DNA of 64,000 nt from Klebsormidium nitens (taxonomy: Eukaryota > Plantae > Klebsormidiophyceae). Below the pieces are notes generated by a model. The model was not told the origin of the DNA. It was given only the letters and a program-made list of their open reading frames with translations, and ran no database searches. The translations under genes and the position numbers were made by a program. How positions within the stretch are numbered: the stretch's first letter is position 1; each line of letters starts with the position of its first letter. The stretch covers positions 45,950 through 109,949 of the forward strand of contig DF237242.1 in assembly GCA_000708835.1 (NCBI GenBank). The letters are read 5' to 3'. Below are positions 11,901 through 22,744 of the stretch, piece after piece.

Positions 11901-14639
11901 CGTCTTGAGAGTCTCGCTCCGTTTTTTTGGGCAAAGACCACTGGCCTTCCCCTTCTGCATCTGGCATCCGAGTTCATTGCCCGGAATTTTCGTTTGGAAA
12001 GTCATTAGAAGCGTCATTGGAGGACTGAGATCGCTGCATAAATATCCTTCGTTGGCCTTGTGATGTATTGGAAAGGGAGTTCTCAACGAAGATCAGAGTC
12101 CAGATAACTCCGAGCAAGCATCTCTCAATCCAATGACATATGGCCCGCGACCTTTCCATACGCTATCCTCACACCCTCCCTTTTTATCCCCCAGCCTCGC
12201 TCGACCTGTCCTCCGCCAACCTCCTCGTCCTCTCAGCCTACGGCGCCACCGACACGGTAGTAACGTCATCCCAGGCGCGAGCTGACGCCCTGCGCCTCCC
12301 GGGCGATGCCGTGCTGACGTCATTCAACCTGGGCCACTACGACTTTGCTTACAGCCAGTGCTCGCAAAACTCCCCCGGGCCAACAACCGGGGGCTCCAAT
12401 CTGACCGCCGCCACAGCAAGATACCTCACGACGTACTACTTTTCGTTCCCCATCCTGTGAGTAGAGCCACTGGAATGCATTCGGGCATTCCGCTCTGTTT
12501 GGGTTCCGTTTGAGGGTTTGGAAGATTCTGCTTCTGTAACTTCGTGCGCACTGTCTGGTTTTCACATATGCAATTCCAGATTCTGGATCAGGCAGTCTCC
12601 AAACAATTGCCTAGAAATGATTGCTTCAAATTTCAACAATTTCATCTCCTAGAAAGATTTTCGCCCACGCTCCCTTTCTTCTCATCTGCCGGGGTTATTT
12701 CGTGGACAATGACGAACTTCAGACATATATTTCAGGTTTTAGGAATGAGTGCAAAGTATGCACCCTGTACTCCTAACCGTAAGCAGTCTGCGAGATTTAT
12801 GTTGAACGGCTTCTTTACCCTAACCCTAAACTATTTGTAACCCCAAAATGTTACTTTCCCGCAGCCTGGCCCAGTGGGCGGAGGCAACACCCCGAGCACT
12901 GTCCTTTGGCGACAACTTCCGGCTAACCCCCGGGCGGAACGTGTCCAAACCCTACCCGGTTAACTCGACCGGGCCAGTAACCTTCCAGGACATTCTGATA
13001 CCGGGCACGCTTCCAGTGCGTCACTGGTACGTGTTCTCGCCACCGGCCAACGTCACCCGAGGCGGGTACATTTTCCTGCCAGGTGAGGAGGAGTTGTTGT
13101 GCCTTTTATCCGTTCTTCTTTTTTATTTTTTTCAGTCTATTTTGATAGATTACAACCCCTGTATTTCTTGCGGCACGATTGCTGAGGAGCTGCCGGCTTT
13201 TGTTGTCGGGACAGGAAAGAGGAGAAGGTTATCGATGCATCCAGTCATGCAATGCCGTTCCCTGTTCCGCTTTCCTCGCTTTGGAGCGTTTCCATTTCAG
13301 TACTTCGGACAACCCTTGCAATTGCCTTTGATATCGGGCCGCACTCTTAATTGTTGCCACGTCAACGAGTCCCTTTCTTTGTCACCGTTTCCGTTCCGTC
13401 TCCATCTCGCCTGTTCCGCTTCCGTCTCGGTCAATCTGTTCCGGCCTCCTTTAAGTGTCGTAATCCGCACGCAAGCGTACTTTCCAGTCGCCTTCGATAT
13501 TCTGACCGAGTATGGGCCATTAATTACACCATTTTCCGTATTGTATAATAATCGTTTGTATTCCCCGTCCCACTTCCCTTGAACCCGTTCCGTGCTATAA
13601 GGCGCCTCATCAGACGTGCAGGCAAACTTCGCAATTGGCCTTAAAACTGCGGCGCAGGGCTGGCAGCACGCTTACTGAGTTCCTCCGTACTTGACCAAGT
13701 CCGCTTCCGTTCCGCCCGTTCCGCCGACTTTTGTATACCGCTTTCATCTTCCCCAAGCGCCGCAGTCGATGCCCGGGCTTAAAAACCAGTTTCTTAAGAC
13801 GCGGTGCAGGGCTGATTGACCGCTCACGACTTTCTTTTCTCTTCGACCGATTGATTCCGTCCCCCCGCTCCGCTTCCGTCCATTCCGTTTCGCTCCAGTC
13901 TCGTCCAGAGGCCGCAGTCGATGCCCCCGCAACGTCATAGTCCACTTCAACCTTGCAGCTCTGAGGGCTAGTTGCGTGTTCACTCAATTGCTTCACAATT
14001 GAATGGCCATACTATATTCCCGTTCCGCCCGTTCCGTCCAACTCACATATTACGCTCCCGTTCCTTCCAGGCGGTGCAGTTGATGCCCGGGCCTACTTTC
14101 CGGTCGCTTTCAACATCGCGGCGCAGGGCTGGCTGTGCGTCATCATCCAACAGACGGGGCGCGTTGCAGGGGTTTTCAACTCTACCGACCCGACCGCCGT
14201 GGTTTACTCCACTAACCCGGTTTTCGCATCGGTACCCAAAAACAAGTGGGCGATCGGGGGCCACTCCGCGGGCGGCCAGGGCGCGGCAGCTTACGTCGCC
14301 GCTAACCCGACTCGGGTTTTTGCGCTGGTGATGCTGGCTGGAGGGATCGCCCCTGCTAACCTGAGCACTAACCCGACTCCCGTAGTGAACATAGTCGGGA
14401 CGCTCGACAGGGTTAGCGGACCAGGGTTGAGTTATCTGCGGTATCAAGCGCTTGTGAACCCGTATGGGAACCCGAATGTGACGTTGCCTCTGGTGCCGCT
14501 CGCGGGGGGCAACCATTATCAGATGGGCGACTATGGATACCAATACTTCGACGACATTGCGGTCGTCAGCCAAGACCAGCAACAGGCTTCTGCGGCACAA
14601 CTAGTGGTGACTTATCTGGACAGCCTAGCGCCGAAGTAA
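8915..14639 (+). CDS. Gene A: secreted protein with AGP-like Pro/Ala-rich N-terminus and two alpha/beta-hydrolase (Abhydrolase_5-like) domains
   Basis: Six GT-AG exons join in frame: 8915-9424, 10412-10587, 11156-11313, 12195-12456, 12865-13082, 14071-14639. Signal peptide IFAFLLVLLAIALPIVNA; AP/PA/TP/SP-rich stalk. Domain 1: GVIFLPEDGVDPIAYAPYA...WVLGGHGRGG...YGATD...LGHY. Domain 2: GYIFLPGGAVDARAYFPVA...WAIGGHSAGG...VGTLD...GGNHYQMGDYG. Confidence 0.9.
13380..14070 (+). repeat. Four degenerate tandem copies (~150-160 bp period) of the acceptor and 5' end of gene A exon 6, inside intron 5
   Basis: Copies near 13457, 13602, 13758 and 13910. GCGGCGCAGGGCTGGC at 13649 is identical to the exon at 14118. 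TACTTTCCAGTCGCCTTCGATATT vs exon TACTTTCCGGTCGCTTTCAACATC. GCAGTCGATGCCCGGGC vs exon GCAGTTGATGCCCGGGC. Confidence 0.85.
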
Positions 14640-15552
14640 CACCAGAGCATGCGGCCATGCTTTGTAAATGACAGCATCACTGCAAAGCGATTGATTGACG
14701 ACGCTGCAAGCGGAGATTGCGTCTACAGACGGAGGTACTCCATAGGGTTTTCAAGTCGGCACGCGATAAGATGCCACGTAAGTGTGCGCAATCATATCGC
14801 CAAAGCTTGGGCGAAAGGCTCGCGTTTTGCTGCAACGATATAGGGTCGTGAGTGGCCTGCATTTTGCAGAGCACGCGGTGACACACTGTTACCGAGATAA
14901 GCAGGCAGCGGATCTCAAGTTTGCCTTGCCCTTGCCGATAGGGTACGTTAGGCAACGACTTTGATTTTTGGTTTTGCGTTTGGGAAGCTTTTCTATCTGG
15001 AGCCTAAAGTTTGTTAAGCAAGCGGTTCAGGCGCTAGCTTGGATACGCTGTGCTCAAGTGACCATTACTGAGTAGTATGTGTGAAGAGGTTGACATAAGT
15101 GCTGTCAATCTGTCCTTAATCGATCCTGTACGTAGTTGCTGCTTTCGATCACATACCAACTTTAAAAATAGTACCTGCCAACAAGTATCATTTCAAACCT
15201 GGTGACCGCTCCGACTCTTCAAACCTAGCCAGTAGCGTAATACTATAAAGTACAGCCTGACTCAGGCTGGGGCTATGTTGGGTGTGAGACACATAAGTAT
15301 CCCCTTTTCGAATTGGTTTGCCATCCTTCAATCTGATCAATCTGATTGCGTCGATAGTTTAAGCGATCGGCTTGGTGGCAATCAGCCGGGACTCGATGCA
15401 CATCATTGCATGATCGAGCGAGTTCTGAGAGTGTCCGATCCAAAAGATCGGAGTGACATGGAGCAATGATCCACCTTAAGTCGCAGTGCCACTGGTGGGA
15501 ATCAATGTCTAGACACACACATGGCCCGATCGAGGTGTAGCTAGCAAGGAAT

Positions 15553-15960
15553 GCATGTGCAGTCGGTTATAACCAGACATACATGCGCCGCGGCATGCAA
15601 ATCATGCTTATAAGTACACTATACGGGCTCCCGGAGTGCAGACATGCATGCACCGCGGCACATGTTGTGGCTGGGCGCATGATCAAGCCCGGCCCTAAGT
15701 TCAAATCATTGCTATATAGGGCAAGATCATTCAAGCTCATAATCTCACTCGGCGGCCGCCGGCAGCCGGCTGGCGACTGTCGCGGCCGGCCCGGCTCCAC
15801 TGCCCGGACGGCGGCGGGTCCGCCCGTGCGGCGGCTAGCTAGGCATCTTGAGTCTGGCAAGTATGCTTTCAATAAGTTCAACATGATCCTTTTGGCGGCC
15901 GGCGGCCCGCGCCGCACCTGAATTCTCGAGTCACAAGCGCGCGGCTACGATCGCGGGCCG
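15553..15960. other. Palindrome-rich, then GC/CpG-rich non-coding island
   Basis: CATG/TGCA/TATA-rich stretch followed by a GGCCG/CGGC-rich stretch. No credible ORF. Confidence 0.4.
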
Positions 15961-16834
15961 GGCACCGTCGTCCAATTTCCATAAATCCTGTTGATTCGGA
16001 TGGCATTTCGGGGGATACTCAGCATCCCTATGATCTTCTACTGATCGAAAGTTGCTCGTGAATTGTATAACCACAAAAAAAGTTAGGCCGTAAGTTCGGG
16101 AAACCGAGTTCGGGGCCAAGTGGGAAGATCCTGGCGCGCTGATCAGATCTGATTTGAGTGACTACAGATCGATTCCCGAGATTCTGAACAGTGCAACTTT
16201 CGTGCAATCGTTTACGGTCGAGAAGACAAGGGGGTAAAGAATTTGACGGCAAGCATCGCCCGACGGATTGAAGCGTCTTCGATAGGTCGAACATCGGACG
16301 TCAGGGCCAGGCCGGCCGAACGCCGGATCACATGTGCAGTGGGCGTTGGACTTTCAACCTGTGATTGCAATTGTAAAGTGACGCCCAAAGTTGGTCAGCA
16401 ATGTATAGCGACTAGCGAGCCCCAGTCTCCCACTTCAACGTCACCGCAAGGTAAGGTGTTACTACGGTCAGGCGCAAGCAGACAGCTTTGGACGGAAAGC
16501 CTCAGTGCTTACTCGCAAGATGACGGGACGGAGGCTTTTGAGTCGCACTCATTCCAATCATTAAACTAATTAGATTGTGATTAACCTACGCGCTGCCAAC
16601 ACCATGGTGGCGACGGCATGGCTGTAGATACAAAAGAGAATCTGCGGAAAGGTTGATTTGAACGGCCGGAACCAGCAGCCAAACAAGCGACATCATCGCG
16701 AACAAATACTCTGTGAACAAAACTTGCTCCCGTTCGTTTGTTTATCATCGTCAATGAAACTCTAAATCGCAGTCAACGCGTGAGCTTCATCCTTCTTTGC
16801 TCGGCACATAGTGCACGCGGTGTACGGAGAGGCA

Positions 16835-16860
16835 TAACGAGAGGTACGTACCTCTCGTTA
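16835..16860. repeat. Perfect 26-bp palindrome
   Basis: TAACGAGAGGTAC|GTACCTCTCGTTA is its own reverse complement. Confidence 0.95.
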
Positions 16861-17561
16861 GTGCCGACTCGGGCGCTACAACAGACTGCAAGCTGCGTTT
16901 TGCAGAACCACTAACATCGTAGAGCTGCGCTTGTGTCAACTGAACAGCGGTCCCTGACGGAAATGTAAACCGTCACAACCCGAATCCAACAACAGACTTA
17001 ATCATTCAGCCTTTGCAAAACGACGGCGCGGCCGATTGGACGACGATGATGTCGCTCCCGCGTGCTGGTCAGAATCAGTGGGATGCGTTCGGTACCGCAC
17101 GCTCCCGCAACCTTCGAAAGTCGTTCCAGCTTACTTGCAGTAATGCGCAGATTTACCCTTTAGTTCGCTCAGGAGACCTTTGCACTATCGAACGAGTCCG
17201 ATTCGTTCAAAGGCCGTAAAGAAATTCTTGTCAACTGTTAGTAACCAGACGAGTCAGTACACCGTTTTCTGAGTATCTCTATCCGTGACAGGACAGCCGG
17301 ATCAGCTGATTGCATCCGTAGTTTAAGGTCAGCTACCCAGATAAGATGACGAGGTGGGTCCGAGACCAAAATGTGGAAAAAACGAGATGCTGAGTAGACG
17401 ATCGAGCCGTGGCATCAGAAGGGATTTGTACCAAGAGAAACGTGAGAAGCAACTGGCAGGCTTCTCAATCGAGTACCGACGTCATTTGCCGGCACTGAGT
17501 TTAGGCAAACGACTAGGGCAGAATTGATCGACACTGGATTCTCGGGCTTCCGGGTCAGCAC

Positions 17562-17629
17562 AAGTTTGCTTACACCGCTCGAGTTGTCAACGCCGAAGTT
17601 TGCTTACACCGCTCGTGTTGTCAACGCCG
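17562..17629. repeat. 34-bp tandem duplication
   Basis: AAGTTTGCTTACACCGCTCG(A/T)GTTGTCAACGCCG twice, one mismatch. Confidence 0.95.
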
Positions 17630-20600
17630 AATCAGGATATTGTAGCCGGTATCTTCTCGACTTGACGACGAAAGCAGTAAGGATTAGGAAATTAGTAGAG
17701 TTGGAGTCTCGCTATGTAAGCGGTCAACACTCAAAATCAGATGCGCGCAATTCTCTTTAAATTCTGGCGCCTAGCAGGTGTGAGATCATCTCCTCATTAT
17801 CTGCTTGCCGTTTCGTCACGACGGATTCTGCTTTACAAGCAGATACGCGGCTAGCTCGCCGAATGCAAACCTTCAGAAAGCGGAGCTGAGCATCAATTTG
17901 CCGCGCACCCGTGATATAAGAGGGTAGGAGCCAAAAATTCAAAACTTTACCAGGCACAAAGCGACCGTACGAAACAGACTCGGAGGTAGTGAAATAGCGG
18001 GGTAGCACGTAGCCCCGGACCACAACGTCTGCATAGGATACAAATGGCAGCTTTTGTGACTCAAAACAGCGAATCAAAAAGAGCAAAGATTGAAGGCGAC
18101 ACCAGCATCGGCCTGCAAGAGCCGCACCGTTGAGGATTGTTTCCTTATTGGGCTCTCTCGTCATTGCCAGCAAGAACAGAAAAACGGCCAAAGGAAAATA
18201 AAACATTAGTGCCGATTGAACCCACCTTTAGGTCCTCTCCATCAAAGAGCGGGTTCAAAATTGCGCGACGCAACACGCTAGGCTACAGGAACCGTATTCC
18301 GGGCATCACTGGACCTTAGCAAAGGGGAAACGAGCTGCACTCTTTCAAGCAATCGTGCCAGCTCAGCATCGATGGTTATACTGGTAATAATCACACCACT
18401 TGAAAGCGTTCGAAAGATTGGAGTACTTCTGGGCCCAAGTCCGGTACTTCGGCATAAAACTATTTATTGGGTAAAGGGCAGTCTCGTGAGGCGACCGATT
18501 GAACAAGGGTTAGCATGGCGTCAAAGGACAGGAACAAGACATCTGCGCTTTACGGCGCAGACGTTCTTGAATTGACTGTCAATCTCATTACTGCCTATGC
18601 AAGAGCATACGACACAGCACGAGACGCATCCCGGATAACCTGCCCATGACCTGATGTAAGTTCTTGTTGGCAACGTCGGTCTTGATAACGTGAGGGATGG
18701 GAACGCAGAATTCTGCACGTTCGATGAAGCTGGTCGCCTCAAGTGCCCTGCCTAAGCACTGGGCAAACGCAGGAAGCGAGCCCTTGGAGGTCCAGAGGGA
18801 CCAAAAGACAGGTTCGGTTTCGAAATCACCACACTGCAAACGGGTGCTTTAGCTAGCAAAATCTGACAAACAGTGCAGTGAAGAAGGCTTCAAAGGCTGC
18901 TCAAACAGTAGACATGGCCGTTGAAAACGCTGCGCTCATACGGTTCTCCACCAAGAGTGAATCCCTTACGTACCTACTAAAACAGAGAAGGGGCTCTCAG
19001 GAGAGAAACGCAGAGCCATACGATTCCCTGTGAGGTGCTTGCCGCGCATTCTCGAATCATCGAAAAGGCCGCTAAACCCCATTTGCCTGACTCGTTTATT
19101 GATTGAAAGGCCCTAGATTCCACGAGGCTCGTTGCGACGGTGGTTGAGAACCGACTGACACATATGCAGTGGGGCATGGAAGAGAGGCAAATCAGCAGTG
19201 ACGTCACCGTAGTACGTCACGGCGGCCGGGATCAGTCTTCATCGAAGAGGCATTGAGCAAGACTTGCTCGGGCTGCTTCTTTTAGTCACTGCCAACCAGG
19301 GTGTTGCGGCCACGAACGGCCTCTCACCTTCTTTGCCCGGCACATGACGTACGCAAGCGGTTCTCTAAGGAACCGGCACGAAAAGGGACAAAACCGCTGG
19401 CCGGTTGCGCATCGGGGCGCTCCGCCTGCGTCATATCGTTGGTCCGTTTGAAATAACAGCCGCTTCTACTTTGGGAGACGACAATTGCCAGAGTCGCATT
19501 CAACACTCTATCCAAAGAAGGCAGTGCAAGAAGACTGCCCGGTTTCCAACGAGACATTGGCCCTCGGTTCGACGACCATATAACAAACCAATTGACCGGC
19601 CTTCAGTTGTCCGACTAAGCTATTGCTCCGGCAAATCCAAGTGGAATTTCGTCCCTGGTCATGCCAGGCAATATCGAGCGGTTTGGTTTACTGAAAGGGG
19701 CGCATTTTCAGCCGATGGAAAAAATCAAGCACGTCCATTGCCAGACTTCGTTCCTGGGCACCTGATTTCTCATCCGGACGACACAAATCACGTGGACAGC
19801 AAACATCATCCGTGAGTTGCTTGAAACATCGTTTTAATACTAGTAGGACGGCGGAGGTCAATTGAGTCGGACCAATATTGAAAAGGGCAATAGTTTTAGG
19901 GGCTCAAGAAGTTCAGGCGAGCAGTGGCATCAATTCAGGGAAGGACACAGATAAGAAGCAATTGGTGGGCTCCTCAATCCGTTATACGGCAGCGCCGGCA
20001 AGCCGACGATGCATCCTCGAGGCTAGGACACCGGTGTTTATCAGCGTACGGGATTACGCCACAAGAACAGCCGGTCGCGATGTTCCCAAGTTGTCGAAGA
20101 TTACAAAGAGAATCAGAACGAAGCTTCAATCAAGGTGGGATGCAAAAACTCGTGCTTCTATTACGGTGCGAAAGAAAGAGATGCACGGCCTGGTGCGCCA
20201 AATCAGGTCACGGGTGTGCGTACATGTTATCATTCAAGATCAGCGTTCAGGTTGAAAGTCTTCTCCTACGGTCCGGTTGCGATTGTGCTGAAACTTGAAA
20301 TTTTCTCTACCATGCAGACCGCTAGAGCTCGTGACTGCATGCAAATCTCCTATTCACATCCGAACGCCCGTAAGTGAATTGTAATAGAATACTAGGGACG
20401 TTATCGCAAAGCAGACATCAGCCCTCGCAGATTGGAAGCAGTGTCATGGATCGAGAGACCACGGAACCCGGGGCGTGCATGTTGCGGACAACTGCAGCTT
20501 AACAGAAGTATGCAGTTAAGGTCAAAAACGAATACTAGCGTCAGCGTTTAGTAGGGCGGGGACTCTTGACCAGCAGGACGTCGTTACCCTCTCTCGTCCT

Positions 20601-22210
20601 TGCCAGTCAGAACGAAAATAAGACTGTAGAAGTCACGGCAAAGAGTGGTGGTTGCAAGCCACCCGAAAAAATTTCTCCAATATTAAAGCGCAGTGTCCAA
20701 TGAAGGGAACGCAGAACGATTACGGATCCGTAATCTGAGCAACACACGGCATCAGCGAAGTGAGCGACAAAAGTACAATATATGCAAGGAGTACTTCTGC
20801 CTGCGCAGCGCGGCGATTAATGACAAGACCAGTACTTTTAGCTTAACTAGAAGCCTTTAATGGAATGAACAAGAATCAACGTGGCGTCAGCAACTTCAAA
20901 GTACATATGTGCGTCAGGGCGCGTATGTCTTTGACTTGAAGACATGATCACTGCCGAGGCATGGCAAGCTGCATGTTACGGTCAACCGTGAGCCGCTCAA
21001 AGAATCTGCTTCTGACGTCGCGTTGATCTGTAAGCGTAAGGTTTGGCATCTCAAAACACCGCAGGCGATGTCAAGCCGTTCGAGCCACTGAGAGTAGCGC
21101 AATTCCAACACTGGAGCACATAAGAACATCGATTGACCCGATCTGCCAATGTCGGGATGTCCCTGTCGTTTGTTCAGTAGCCAAACGAGAGAAACATTTG
21201 TGCAGCGCTTATCCGTGGACTGCCTATGACAGCTACCCGAACCACCCGAACCAGATGACAATGATTGCAGGTTACGGTCGGACGACGTAGCCGATACACT
21301 TAGTGTGTTAAGGCCGAGACAAACATGTGTAGAACTATTATTCTTGGGACAATAGAACAGCAGGTGAGAGGCGGCATCAACTTAGCCAGGCAGCAGACTG
21401 ACTCAGACGTAACGGACTCGGATGGGCTTCTCACTTGAGTTGTGACGTCATTGCCGGCAGCACTTGAGCGGACGAGAGGCTGAGTTGAAATGCTTGATCC
21501 AAACCGCGGGGCTGAGGCTTTCAAGTAATCTGCTCATTGGTGGTCCACGGAAGTCACAAGTCCACGAGAAGTGGAGGTCCTGACGAATTTCCAAACCTGT
21601 AGGCTAACCCATCAAAACACGTATTCCTCTAGATATTGGCACGCTTAACGTCCGGTACCATGTCAACTCTTGCCGAGTAGCATACCCTACATGAGTCATC
21701 GCGGGTGCAGTTATGCAAGACGAATGTTTGGTTCGCACAGCAGCCGTAAGGACGCGAATGTTGGATACAGGAAAAGGGAAAACTATGAAAACGCGGATGT
21801 GAGCAGGAGAGGCCAAAGGAAGAGCATCTGCTAACATCCGTAAGGTCAAGTCGCGTTTTCAGCCGGGAAATCAGCAGACGACATTCATACGACCTACTTC
21901 GACGTCAAGCAAATAGGCGAAGAAAAGCCGGCAGCGGACCATCCTTCAGATAGAATCCGGTGGACATAGTGCTCGGTGACTCGAGAGACCTTGACTGGAG
22001 AAACTCAACAATAAATGGGGCGGCTAACGTGCGTTTTCGAGCTGCAATGTCGTCATGAACCTGAAAAAGTGGAGAACGTACACAGAATGGCCATTACCGG
22101 TCTAACCTGACAACCTAACGATCAGACGAGGCTCTTGTGGGCACCGGAAAGAAGAGCGAACAAGTAAAGATGCAGCCAGGAACGTCCGACAGAAGGCGGA
22201 AGTCGCTACC

Positions 22211-22744
22211 GTGAATCAGTTCTCAAGCACAACTGCTGTGGTCCAGGTTTCAACAAAGTCGCTTTGCCTGGCTTCAGAAGAATCGGCAAAGAAGAGGCTT
22301 GCGCAAGCAGCGCGCACTCTCACTCTCCTCCTTGCCGGCCGCCGGGTGATTGCAGATTGCCACATGCTGCAACGCCAGTACTTCCAGCAATCAGGTTTCC
22401 AAATGAAGCCAACTCTTTAGATAAGAGGGCAGATCATCAAACAAGAGGCCCGCATAGAACTAGGCAGCGTGATCAAAAGCTTCGACGCTAGGCCACGTGC
22501 CGGATGCTCAAGCAAACACATCCTAGGACCGGGCAATTATTTTTTACTTAAACAGACCTCCCGAAACATCAAGCCTAGTTCATTTTGGACGTTTGAAATT
22601 CAGCTTCGAACAACAGATTTAATATTGTCGACACGCCTAGCCACCTACGAAACCAAAGAAGCAGAGCTCGGGAAGCCCAGTCGCATAGGGTCCAAAAAAG
22701 GCTCGTTTGCCACTTCGATTACGTATTGCTCGGTTGCAACATGA
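22211..22744 (+). pseudogene. Probable decayed coding sequence, product unknown
   Basis: ORFs 22211-22420 and 22469-22744 share a frame: 178 codons with a single internal TAG. No recognisable domain. Confidence 0.4.

Noticed and set aside
9437-12194. Possible older exon echoes in gene A introns 1-3
   Set aside because: Similarity too weak to distinguish from chance by eye.
12815-12835. Interstitial telomere (ACCCTAACCCTAAA); similar words at ~10965 and 43570
   Set aside because: Only 1-2 units, overlapping an intron branch-point region or coding sequence.
15253-15269. Hairpin CAGCCTGA-C-TCAGGCTG as a terminator
   Set aside because: An 8-bp stem is expected by chance in 64 kb; no U-tract; eukaryotic context.
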